From IMG/VR virus record IMGVR_UViG_3300017987_005500: a DNA stretch of 64,000 nucleotides. One strand, 5' to 3'. Every line of letters begins with the position of its first letter. Position 1 is the first letter of the stretch. Below the pieces are notes generated by a model. The model was given only the letters and a program-made list of their open reading frames with translations. It was not told the DNA's origin and did no database searches. The DNA is from a virus. Taxonomy: Duplodnaviria > Heunggongvirae > Uroviricota > Caudoviricetes. A program made the translations under genes and the position numbers. Positions 39,114 through 48,028 of this stretch are shown here, one piece after another.

Positions 39114-40088
39114 ATGACAATTAATATATCAAAAGATCCTGTAGAAAAAAGAGAGCAGGAAAAATATTATGGCTTTTATAGAGCAAAAGTTGTAAACAAT
39201 AAAGATCCGGATAAATTTGGAAGAGTTATTGTATGGATTCCTGATATAATGCCAATGATTTCAGATTTAGAAGGTATTGAAGCAAGACCAGGAAACACTC
39301 CTCTCGGTGGAAGAAATATGGAAGATCAAGACTCTAATTATTATGCAGGTTCTTCATATATTCCAAAGATAGGAAGTTGGGTATGGGTTTTCTTTGAAAA
39401 TGGAAATCCAAATAGACCTTATTATTGGGGAGCTCTTGATATTGAAAATACCCCAACAGTTCCTGAAGTTCAACAAGGCACTGAATATGAACATAAGTGG
39501 GTTGTTATAAGAACTCATTCAGGAAGAACTTTTGTTTCATCCGATGATCCTACTGATGAAAGAATGGAAATAACAGGGAAGAAAAGAAAACTCAATACTC
39601 CGCCTACTGGAGATTGGGACTCTGTTTATGAGATTGATAGCAATCAAACAACCATTCTTTTAGATGAAGTTGAAGGAAGAGAAAAAGTTCTTATAAGAAC
39701 CTATAAGGGAGATTATATTCATGTAGACATTGATGAACAAGAACTTCAATGCTATTTCAAAAACGATATTAAAATTCAAACTGATGCAAGTTTTCATTTA
39801 ACAGCTAAAGATCATATAAGAATACAATCTGGACAAAATACATATATTGAAGCTCAAGGTGATCTCCATAATCATTCTACAAATACATTTACTTACGCTG
39901 ATTCAGAAATTCATACTTTTGCAGGAGTAGGAGATTATACAACAACTGGAGCATATATTTCTCATAATACAGGAGGACCTTATTGTGTAGACTCGGGTAT
40001 GGAATTATTAGAAGTTGGAGCATCAATTCCAGCTATGAGCGCTGAGCAGGCAGATCCTGAAACACCAGTCGGAGATAGGGATACTTAA
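39114..40088 (+). CDS. Baseplate central spike (T4 gp5 / VgrG-like OB fold and beta-helix)
   Basis: 'YRAKVVNNKDP...GRV.V.IP', 'P..GS.VWV.FENG.PN.P.Y.G', C-terminal beta-helix repeats. Confidence 0.85.
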   Translation: MTINISKDPVEKREQEKYYGFYRAKVVNNKDPDKFGRVIVWIPDIMPMISDLEGIEARPGNTPLGGRNMEDQDSNYYAGSSYIPKIGSWVWVFFENGNPNRPYYWGALDIENTPTVPEVQQGTEYEHKWVVIRTHSGRTFVSSDDPTDERMEITGKKRKLNTPPTGDWDSVYEIDSNQTTILLDEVEGREKVLIRTYKGDYIHVDIDEQELQCYFKNDIKIQTDASFHLTAKDHIRIQSGQNTYIEAQGDLHNHSTNTFTYADSEIHTFAGVGDYTTTGAYISHNTGGPYCVDSGMELLEVGASIPAMSAEQADPETPVGDRDT

Positions 40089-40089
40089 T

Positions 40090-40878
40090 ATGGGATTATC
40101 TGAATATAGAGACCAAACGTGTGATCAGTATACTGCAACAACTCTTAAAGCGACTCGTCAACTTAATAATCTTCATAAATTGACAAGAGGTCCTAAAAAT
40201 GAAGTTCGTAAATCTTTAAATAAATTAAAGAGTCAAGCAACAACTCCAGTATCTGAATTAGTAAGAAAACTTGATGTTCTTAAATCAGGAATGAAATCCA
40301 AAGTTCCTGATTTTAAAAATAATAAAAAAGATCTTTTAGATATGGCAAAAGCATGTACACCTTTTGCTGATTTGATGAATGGAAAAGGAAGTTTAACTGA
40401 CGCAACTAAATCAGTTGTTGATGCTACAAATAATATGGTTGCAGATGTTATAACAGGCGCTGCAGATACGTTAATGAGTAATGTTGAAGAATATACATCA
40501 GGTGCTGCAATGGCAGGTATGGATTCATTATTTTCAGAATTAAAAATTCCTCAAGTTTTAGGAACTCTCGATCCTTTAATAAATTGTCTTGATAATATGT
40601 GTCCAGGAAGTAGGACTTCAGCAATTGTTGATGAATTAAACGATATTCAGGAGGAAATGGGTTTTGATGATGAAGGAGCTTTTGACTCTGCTAAAATGAT
40701 GCAAGATGTTGGAATGCCTGCTGATAAAACAGAAAATTTAAATAGTATTGATGATATGCTCATAAATACAGTCAAAGAAGTACAAGATGATGCAGCAAGC
40801 GAAGTTAGCGATTTATTTACTTCAATTAAAAAAGCTAAAAAAGCTCCATATGTAGGTAAAATAAGTAGTTACTTTTAG
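40090..40878 (+). CDS. Hypothetical helical protein (baseplate cluster)
   Basis: 262-aa ORF immediately after the spike gene. Confidence 0.6.
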   Translation: MGLSEYRDQTCDQYTATTLKATRQLNNLHKLTRGPKNEVRKSLNKLKSQATTPVSELVRKLDVLKSGMKSKVPDFKNNKKDLLDMAKACTPFADLMNGKGSLTDATKSVVDATNNMVADVITGAADTLMSNVEEYTSGAAMAGMDSLFSELKIPQVLGTLDPLINCLDNMCPGSRTSAIVDELNDIQEEMGFDDEGAFDSAKMMQDVGMPADKTENLNSIDDMLINTVKEVQDDAASEVSDLFTSIKKAKKAPYVGKISSYF

Positions 40879-40887
40879 GAGAATATA

Positions 40888-41097
40888 ATGGACATTATAC
40901 AAGAATATTTAAATTCATTACATAGAAGAGAAGAACAAAATCCAGAAGTTTATCCTCATCCAGTTGATGTTCCAAATCAGAATTATGGACATCCTGATGA
41001 TTTATGTCAACCAGGTCAAAAATGGAATCCCCAATTAAATAGATGTGTCCCATTAGGGGATGGTGAAAATGAAGACTTTAACGAATGTGGTGAATAG
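40888..41097 (+). CDS. Small protein with 'IQEYLNSL' leader and CxPG...RC motif
   Basis: AGGAG RBS; leader resembles those at 27079 and 28209. Confidence 0.55.
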   Translation: MDIIQEYLNSLHRREEQNPEVYPHPVDVPNQNYGHPDDLCQPGQKWNPQLNRCVPLGDGENEDFNECGE

Positions 41098-41105
41098 GGG
41101 GTATT

Positions 41106-41555
41106 ATGTTTTCGCGAATAACGAATGCTTTAGCAAAATTGAAAACTCGAAAAAGTCCATTTGAAGTTGAAACAGTTGCAAATGAAATAATTTTAAGAGA
41201 TAAAAATAAAAAGCATTACATTGCTTTGATATATGATGAACATGATGGTTTTACAGTTGAAGTTGGTGGGAATGTGCAACTTAAAATCAAAGGTGGAATG
41301 AATGTATCAACTGATGGAGAAACTAATATTGTAAGCTTCAAAGATATGAATATTGATACATGGAAATCAAAGTTAAATTTAAATAGCAGAAAAGCTTCTC
41401 AGATTAAAGACGATCCTGAAGCAATAGAGTTTAGAGAGTATATGAAACAAAAATTGATTGACTTTGAAAAATTTCAAGAACAATCTAAATATAAACGAAT
41501 TGAACCGACGATACTTGAACATAGCGAAGATTGTCCTAATAAGGGAGGGAATTAA
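41106..41555 (+). CDS. Short gp5-like beta-helix protein
   Basis: 'VEVGGNVQLKIKGGMNVSTDG' 8-residue repeats. Confidence 0.45.
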   Translation: MFSRITNALAKLKTRKSPFEVETVANEIILRDKNKKHYIALIYDEHDGFTVEVGGNVQLKIKGGMNVSTDGETNIVSFKDMNIDTWKSKLNLNSRKASQIKDDPEAIEFREYMKQKLIDFEKFQEQSKYKRIEPTILEHSEDCPNKGGN

Positions 41556-41558
41556 AGA

Positions 41559-42545
41559 ATGGGTCTACAACATTGGAGTTGTCCTGCTAATGCCTTATTT
41601 ACATTAGGTATGTTTCAAATAGTTGGATTTTTAGACCAGAGAAAACTTCTTGTAGAAGATGTTTTTGGAGATTTCTTTATTGACCCTGATACTGAAGAAG
41701 GCTGGGCAAAGATTCAACAAATTATTGAACCTCATGGAATGTCCAAAATAATGCTTACTGGAGCAACTCCATCAAAACCAATTCGTCAAGGCGATGGTCA
41801 ATTCGGACCTTTTATGATTCAAAAACAACATGCTAATTTTTGCATGATGTATAATAAAGCAGAAGAGCTTGGAAATATTAAAAATCCTGATGATGAAGAT
41901 TTAAGAATGTGGTGGAACTTTGCAGATTTTCCATTTCAAAATCAAGAAGCTTCTATGAGATGGAATGCTATAGTTGCAGCATATGAAGTTATACATGAAA
42001 TTGAAGCAAATGTTGAGTTAATGGTTGAAGCAATCAAACCATTATATTATAGCAATCAAGTATTCTCAAAAACTCCAATGGAAGTTCAATTTTTTGCTGG
42101 AGAAATGATGAATGGTAATGTAATGGTTCCAGACGGACTTTGTAATATTCCTTGGGGAACTGTTGATCAATTTAAAACAGATAATCCATTAGATCCAGGA
42201 ATCATTGATATAATGTTTGGATTTCCTCTTTCAGCATTATGGTATATTCCAGTTCCTGTAATTACTTTCGGTTCAGGAGCAGGAAGTCAAGCAGGTGACC
42301 CAAGCACAACTTATGCTTTATCTTCAGATGATGATTGTTTTTGTAAAACAGGAAGCTTTGTCCCAGATCCACCTGATCCAGATCCACCTCCGCCAGCTCC
42401 TCCATATACTCCGGTGACGGGAACTGTAACACCTGATTTATTTACATCAAATTTATGGAAAGCTGAAATTGTGGCAGGGACAAATCCTGTAATAACTGGA
42501 ACTATTAATTATGCATATCGAAGATTAATTGTAACATTTCCATAG
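41559..42545 (+). CDS. Putative tail/baseplate protein; paralog of 42922..43983
   Basis: Shared N-terminal domain ('F.DP...W.KI', 'QGD.Q.GP'); Pro-rich linker. Confidence 0.5.
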   Translation: MGLQHWSCPANALFTLGMFQIVGFLDQRKLLVEDVFGDFFIDPDTEEGWAKIQQIIEPHGMSKIMLTGATPSKPIRQGDGQFGPFMIQKQHANFCMMYNKAEELGNIKNPDDEDLRMWWNFADFPFQNQEASMRWNAIVAAYEVIHEIEANVELMVEAIKPLYYSNQVFSKTPMEVQFFAGEMMNGNVMVPDGLCNIPWGTVDQFKTDNPLDPGIIDIMFGFPLSALWYIPVPVITFGSGAGSQAGDPSTTYALSSDDDCFCKTGSFVPDPPDPDPPPPAPPYTPVTGTVTPDLFTSNLWKAEIVAGTNPVITGTINYAYRRLIVTFP

Positions 42546-42554
42546 GAGATTCTC

Positions 42555-42905
42555 ATGAGTCAACTTACAGTAAAAATAATTAACGAGACAACTGAATCAT
42601 GGTTAATTGAAGGACCTTTATCAAAAGGTAAAGCTAAGAAAAAGTTTATACAAATATATAATGATGCAGCTCAAAAAATTAATAGACATATGCAGGGTTG
42701 TTCTGGAGATGATGTATCATTAGATGATAATCATAGATGTTATTATAAAGCAGTGATAAAGTATTATACTACAGCATTACATGAGATGGAAAGAGCGGCA
42801 GAGAATTCAAATGATGAAACATATTCAAGATTTTTATATGATCATGCAAGATTATTTTCCGGTGGAATTCAAAATGCAACAAGTGCACTTAAAAAATTAG
42901 AATAA
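42555..42905 (+). CDS. Hypothetical protein
   Basis: AGGAG RBS; 'IINETTESWLIEG' leader. Confidence 0.6.
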   Translation: MSQLTVKIINETTESWLIEGPLSKGKAKKKFIQIYNDAAQKINRHMQGCSGDDVSLDDNHRCYYKAVIKYYTTALHEMERAAENSNDETYSRFLYDHARLFSGGIQNATSALKKLE

Positions 42906-42921
42906 TTAAAAGGGAATAATT

Positions 42922-43983
42922 ATGGCAGTACAAGAAATGCCCGCATTTGAAAATGGTCTGGGTTTTATGTCATGTATTAAATTAATGGAATATCCAGATA
43001 AAATTCGTACGTATTTAGAAGGTTCTTTTGCTGAAGTATTTACAGATCCTTGGGGAGATTGGGATAAAATATTAAGAGTATTTGGAACATTTGGAACATT
43101 TAAAAGTCAGGAAAATGCAAGTTTTGCAAAATATGAAGATCAAGGAGATAGTCAAAAAGGACCATATTTTTTATCATATGCAAGTGATGGGATTCTTGTC
43201 CAAATGTTTGAAATTGCAAAAAAGCTTGGAGTTTTAATTGATGCTGATGATATGGAGATAACTTACAAAGTACCTCCTACTCCAAAAGAAGTTGAAAATT
43301 TAACAAAATGGAAATCATTAGTGATGCAATTTGAAAAGATAAAAGATATTGAAACTACGATGATTGTTTCAGCATTTGCAATGGGACCACTTATTAACTC
43401 TCAAAGTAGTTTAGTAAGATCTCCAGCTCAATTGAAATTATATAATAGTTATTTATTAGGAACTACAATTTCAATGTCTGAAAAATTTGGTGGATCGACT
43501 TCTGAATCTTGTGTTCATAAAGTTCCTTGGGACACTACAAATACAATGTTCCCAGATATGGTTGGAACTTTAACTGGAGATTGGTGGTATAATTTAATTG
43601 CCGAACAAATTGTTGATCATGAATATGAGATGATTGATGCTCCTCTTTATTATATGACTCCAGCTGATGTAAGTAATAATTATTTTGATTTTGATAATGC
43701 TGGCGATAATGTCGTAAATGTAGAATATGCAATTGCTTTGCCTGAGGATTCAACTTCTGATGTAAGTCTTGAATTAAAGACATGTTATGGAGTTACATTT
43801 AGTCAGGATTTGCTTTATCCTTGTGATGGAACTCTTTGCGATTATTCAGCAAGTTGTGGAAATCCTGAATATATAAATCCTTCATCAATAGACTTTATTA
43901 TAGATAATAGATTGCATTGGGGAAGTTCTAGTTACGCAGGTCAACGAGTGAGAATAAAATATAAAAAGATTTCAATAGTTTAA
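42922..43983 (+). CDS. Putative tail/baseplate protein; paralog of 41559..42545
   Basis: Shared N-terminal domain, different C-terminal domain. Confidence 0.5.
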   Translation: MAVQEMPAFENGLGFMSCIKLMEYPDKIRTYLEGSFAEVFTDPWGDWDKILRVFGTFGTFKSQENASFAKYEDQGDSQKGPYFLSYASDGILVQMFEIAKKLGVLIDADDMEITYKVPPTPKEVENLTKWKSLVMQFEKIKDIETTMIVSAFAMGPLINSQSSLVRSPAQLKLYNSYLLGTTISMSEKFGGSTSESCVHKVPWDTTNTMFPDMVGTLTGDWWYNLIAEQIVDHEYEMIDAPLYYMTPADVSNNYFDFDNAGDNVVNVEYAIALPEDSTSDVSLELKTCYGVTFSQDLLYPCDGTLCDYSASCGNPEYINPSSIDFIIDNRLHWGSSSYAGQRVRIKYKKISIV

Positions 43984-43993
43984 GGGGATTTAT

Positions 43994-44317
43994 ATGACTG
44001 TAGCGAGACTCACAGATATTTCACATAATCCAAGTGATTGTCATTCATGCCCAGGATGTTGCCATGATGTAAAAGGACCTGCTATAACTGGGAGTCCTGA
44101 CACAATTTTAAATGGTAAACCTGTTTTGAGAGCTGCCGGAGCTGATCAAGGAATACATTGTTGCTGCTGTGGAAGTAATTCATGGATGACTCTTGCAGGA
44201 AGTGGAGATATATATTTAAATGGTCTTCCTCTTGTTAGACTTATGGATCCGACACAGCATTGTGGAGGAATTGGTTTTATAGAAACTTCATCAGAAGATA
44301 CAAATTCAAATTACTAG
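43994..44317 (+). CDS. PAAR-domain spike tip protein
   Basis: 'VARLTD', 'GS....NG.PV.R', 'GS..I..NG.P..R..D'; Cys/His-rich. Confidence 0.85.
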   Translation: MTVARLTDISHNPSDCHSCPGCCHDVKGPAITGSPDTILNGKPVLRAAGADQGIHCCCCGSNSWMTLAGSGDIYLNGLPLVRLMDPTQHCGGIGFIETSSEDTNSNY

Positions 44318-44327
44318 GGAAACTAAA

Positions 44328-44843
44328 ATGAGACTTCCATTTAAACCTTCGTTATTAAAAGTAAGAAGAAAGAAAATTAAGTGGATTATTTTACATCATA
44401 CTGTAGAGTTATATCCTTCTCCCGAAGCTAAAATAGATAACGCAAAATTTCAATTACCTTTTTTATATAATAATGCTATTGAACAAAACACTGCTGATAT
44501 TAATTATCATTTTGTAATTGAGAAAATTAAAAATGATTATCATGCTATAACAACACGACCTTTTTCATATCTTTGTCAATGGGATGATATAAGTCCAGAC
44601 ATAAATGAAAGAGCTGCTCATGTTGCTTTATTGGGTTCATATGACTTTAAAATTCCTGAAGTTAGACTTTTAGAAGTATTGTCATATAAAATCCTTAACC
44701 CTCTCCTTAAGATGTTCGCAATACCACCTTCCCGAATAAAACTTCATAGAGATGTTTCTGATAATAAAGAACTTACATGTCCAGGTGATTTTATAGACCT
44801 TGCCAGAATACAATCATTAGTCCGACGTTATGTTATTAAATAG
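44328..44843 (+). CDS. N-acetylmuramoyl-L-alanine amidase (Amidase_2, T7 lysozyme-like)
   Basis: 'IILHHT', 'YHFVI', 'HRD....TCPG'. Confidence 0.8.
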   Translation: MRLPFKPSLLKVRRKKIKWIILHHTVELYPSPEAKIDNAKFQLPFLYNNAIEQNTADINYHFVIEKIKNDYHAITTRPFSYLCQWDDISPDINERAAHVALLGSYDFKIPEVRLLEVLSYKILNPLLKMFAIPPSRIKLHRDVSDNKELTCPGDFIDLARIQSLVRRYVIK

Positions 44844-44868
44844 TAAATTTCCATTTAATTTTTTTTAT

Positions 44869-44886
44869 CTATATATATTTCTTTAT
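44869..44886 (+). promoter_or_regulatory. Putative early promoter (TATATT[A/T]C class)
   Basis: ctATATATATTTCTTTAT upstream of the sigma-like gene; 14 of 16 positions match the 15741 motif. Confidence 0.5.
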
Positions 44887-44933
44887 AAATAAGTATAATA
44901 TTTGTAAAGTAATTTGGATAAAAAAGGAGAGTC

Positions 44934-46391
44934 ATGGAACTTGAGAAAAAAGAAGTTAAAAAATGGACTATTATTTTTGGAGATGGTTGGCAATTCGAGC
45001 TGGATTTAATTTCTAATTCAATTACAAACAAATTTCATATCATTGCAGATTTTTTGACATCAATGTCGGAATCCTGCGATGGTTTTGAAGAATGGTTAAA
45101 GACTTTTTTGTTTGCATATTCTGAAAATGCTGACTTGAGATTTGACCTTTTAAAAGACGCTGTCCCAGTAATTAAGAAATATGTAAATGAATACATTGAT
45201 CTTATAGCAACTGACTATGATAAATTTGTTGATGAGACAAAAGCAAAGAAGTCAAGTATTTTATTTAGAGCTCCTGAAATTAAAAGTATTATAATACTTT
45301 CAGGTTATTTGAAAGTATATGCTTTAATTTCAAATAGTGCTAATTTGAAATTAGATCAAAGACTTCATAGACAAATTTATAACTTATTTGCAGCTGATAT
45401 ATTAAAAACTGATATTGTCAGAAAAATATTCGACGTAGTAAAAACAAAGACATTTCGTTATAGTATAACCGACAGATATATGTGGGATTATATTAGGACA
45501 ATACAATGCAAAGAAATCGACGATCACATAATCGAGATATTCAATTTTATAATGAATAATATCTTAGCGTTATGTGAAAATGATAAAAATCCAATCATCT
45601 TCTTTATTGGGGTGATTGATGAATCTGTAAAATGGTTCTTGAGATCAGTCTATAAAGGAACTATTATTTATGAAGATAGCATGTCAACTGAAGATATTCA
45701 ATCTGCAAATATTGATAACTTGAGTGCATATTGCTATAACGATACATTGGGTCGATTGAAGGGTATTGCATATGAATTGATATATGAATCCTTGGAAGGA
45801 AAGAAAGGGGGAGTATTAACCTTTACGGACGAAAATGGAGAGGTTGGGACTGATAGCTATATCACAACATTTCAATCAAGAGTTATGGGTGTTGAGCATA
45901 TATCACCCTTATGTGAATGTATTGTATTTCCAGTTCTTTCAAAAGTATTGGATATTCCATATAGCTATTTCAAGACAATATCTCCAGAACATGCAGCTGT
46001 ATTATCAGTATATACTCATAACCTTTTAAAGAAGGTATTTAAAAATAATTTTAAGACATTAATATCAATGCTCCCATTTTACCCAAATGAGCAACCATCA
46101 TTATCAACAACATATGTCCTTAAGAATGTGAACACATATTTAAATCTATTTAATGAGACACAGGATTTCTTTGGATTTAAAAATAAGATATTCTTTCATA
46201 ATGTTCTTTGTCATTTTGTAGGAAGAGTATCAAGGATTGATTTTGTCCATGTTGTTGATGGAACTAAATTAGGTGGAATCCCATTAAGTAAAATTGAGGA
46301 AGATATGATAGAGTTCTTTATATCATTCTTCTCTGGGAATTTAGATGGTGAGTTTGAAGAAATGTCTAAAATAGCAAACTCTGATTTTTAG
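44934..46391 (+). CDS. Putative sigma-like promoter-specificity subunit (AR9 gp226 / phiKZ gp68-like)
   Basis: 485 aa, helical. Segments 'IVRKIFDVVKTKTFRYSITDRYMWDYI' and 'IMNNILALCENDKNPIIFFIGVIDESVKW' match my recollection of gp226 in order and spacing; lies 1.6 kb upstream of beta'/beta. Confidence 0.6.
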   Translation: MELEKKEVKKWTIIFGDGWQFELDLISNSITNKFHIIADFLTSMSESCDGFEEWLKTFLFAYSENADLRFDLLKDAVPVIKKYVNEYIDLIATDYDKFVDETKAKKSSILFRAPEIKSIIILSGYLKVYALISNSANLKLDQRLHRQIYNLFAADILKTDIVRKIFDVVKTKTFRYSITDRYMWDYIRTIQCKEIDDHIIEIFNFIMNNILALCENDKNPIIFFIGVIDESVKWFLRSVYKGTIIYEDSMSTEDIQSANIDNLSAYCYNDTLGRLKGIAYELIYESLEGKKGGVLTFTDENGEVGTDSYITTFQSRVMGVEHISPLCECIVFPVLSKVLDIPYSYFKTISPEHAAVLSVYTHNLLKKVFKNNFKTLISMLPFYPNEQPSLSTTYVLKNVNTYLNLFNETQDFFGFKNKIFFHNVLCHFVGRVSRIDFVHVVDGTKLGGIPLSKIEEDMIEFFISFFSGNLDGEFEEMSKIANSDF

Positions 46392-46407
46392 TTACCTTTT
46401 CATAAAT

Positions 46408-46424
46408 TAAGAACAAAAACTAAA
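46408..46424 (+). promoter_or_regulatory. Putative phage promoter, GAACA class
   Basis: TAAGAACAAAAACTAAA upstream of the operon containing the RNAP core genes. Confidence 0.6.
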
Positions 46425-46438
46425 TTAATGGAGCATAG

Positions 46439-47131
46439 ATGAGTTATCCTGAAAATCCAGAAACTATAGTATTGAAAAATAGATTTTACTCAAGAGGAAT
46501 GTCTGAGAAAAATTTATACGATTACTATCAAAAAATTCGAGGTCCTTTGATTGAACAAGTTAAGGGTCGCGATGTTATGTTTGCAATATTGGCAGGTTTA
46601 AATAAACCAATACTCAAACGAAAAGCTTCTGGAAAATTTATAATACTCACTCCATCAAATTATGATAAAATAATTACTGGAAGAACAATCTCTGTCTATT
46701 CCACAATGAAATATTATGAAGATATTGCCATTGTGGATATAGACGCAGATAATTTTGAACAAAGCAAACAACCAACTTTGGATGTTTATAACGCTCTTAA
46801 TGGAGCAAATTTTATAAGAGACCTTTCAATTCGTTACACGGGAAAAACTGGTTTTCATATTTTTTGCGAAATAGTAAGAAAAACGAAAATAGATAGTGCT
46901 AGACTTTTATTAGAGCAATATCTCTTAACTAAAAAAGAAGTAACATCGCAATATACAATAGCTGCTAAAAGAACAAAGGGAATTCCAAATATAGATTTAT
47001 GGGCATCAAATAAGAAAAATGGTGCTTTCATTAGTCTTCATTCTCTTTCTATAATAGGACTTAGATGTATGAAAGTTCAACCGACACAGTTACAATCTTT
47101 TAGACCAGAACAAGCGAGAATACGTTTTTGA
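46439..47131 (+). CDS. Stand-alone LigD-type primase-polymerase (AEP) domain
   Basis: 'NPE......G.SE..L..YY', 'VDID', 'TGKTGFHI', 'NID...N'. Confidence 0.75.
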   Translation: MSYPENPETIVLKNRFYSRGMSEKNLYDYYQKIRGPLIEQVKGRDVMFAILAGLNKPILKRKASGKFIILTPSNYDKIITGRTISVYSTMKYYEDIAIVDIDADNFEQSKQPTLDVYNALNGANFIRDLSIRYTGKTGFHIFCEIVRKTKIDSARLLLEQYLLTKKEVTSQYTIAAKRTKGIPNIDLWASNKKNGAFISLHSLSIIGLRCMKVQPTQLQSFRPEQARIRF

Positions 47132-47148
47132 AAGGTAAGGTGAAAAAA

Positions 47149-47592
47149 ATGAAAGAAATATTAATATTGACAGATGATATATCGAATTATGGCAAATACA
47201 GAAGTTTATTAGAAGATGCGAATGTTGAAATAAGTCATAGATCTTCAGAACTTGAAGCACTTAGACTTATTAGAGAAAAGGTTATTGATTTAGTTATTAT
47301 AGATTTAGATGTTCCTATATTTAAAATGAAAAATTTAAATGTAATAAAACATTTCAAATATAATACTGATGTTTTAAATATAGTAAATGACGTTAGCATT
47401 AAAGCAATTGAAGAATGTATTAAACTTGGTTTTGAACTTTTAAGAAAACCTTTTAAAAATGAATCACTTCTTTCTCATGTTAATAAAACAATATTTGGAG
47501 GAAGCGAGAATAATACAGATAACTTAATCACAATTGATGATTGTCTTGATGATAGTCCATTTTGTGATGGAGACAATTACGCGGAGGGTTGA
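47149..47592 (+). CDS. Single-domain response regulator receiver
   Basis: 'ILILTDD', 'DLVIIDL' phosphoacceptor, 'LRKPF'. Confidence 0.75.
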   Translation: MKEILILTDDISNYGKYRSLLEDANVEISHRSSELEALRLIREKVIDLVIIDLDVPIFKMKNLNVIKHFKYNTDVLNIVNDVSIKAIEECIKLGFELLRKPFKNESLLSHVNKTIFGGSENNTDNLITIDDCLDDSPFCDGDNYAEG

Positions 47593-47593
47593 T

Positions 47594-48028
47594 ATGGAAG
47601 ATCCAAGAGTTGAGAAACTTCAAGAGTTAGTTAGGAAAATGAACTCATTGATTTCCCCAATGAGCTATCATGATACATTAAAAGATTTAAGAACAAAACC
47701 TGCCGGTGAAGTGTTTAAAGGAAATGCAACAAAATGTATCATTCCATGGAAAAAGGGAGCTCAATTAGTACAAATTCCTATTTGTAATAGGATGGGAATG
47801 ATAGATCCTCAAATGATAGAGTTTGGTAAAAAGATGGTAAATAAAATGAGATCAGTGAGTCCTCAAGATGATAGTGGTGGAGCTGATATAATCATTGCCA
47901 AATTAGATAAATTGCATAAAAAGTATAGCAAAGATATTCCAAAACCATCTGATAGAGCTGCCCAACATGGACAAGTTACAAAATTCACAAATAAAATACT
48001 AAAGAATATTAAAGGACATTTAACGTAA
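47594..48028 (+). CDS. Basic hypothetical protein coupled to beta'
   Basis: GGAGG RBS; TAATG overlap with the beta' gene. Confidence 0.6.
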   Translation: MEDPRVEKLQELVRKMNSLISPMSYHDTLKDLRTKPAGEVFKGNATKCIIPWKKGAQLVQIPICNRMGMIDPQMIEFGKKMVNKMRSVSPQDDSGGADIIIAKLDKLHKKYSKDIPKPSDRAAQHGQVTKFTNKILKNIKGHLT

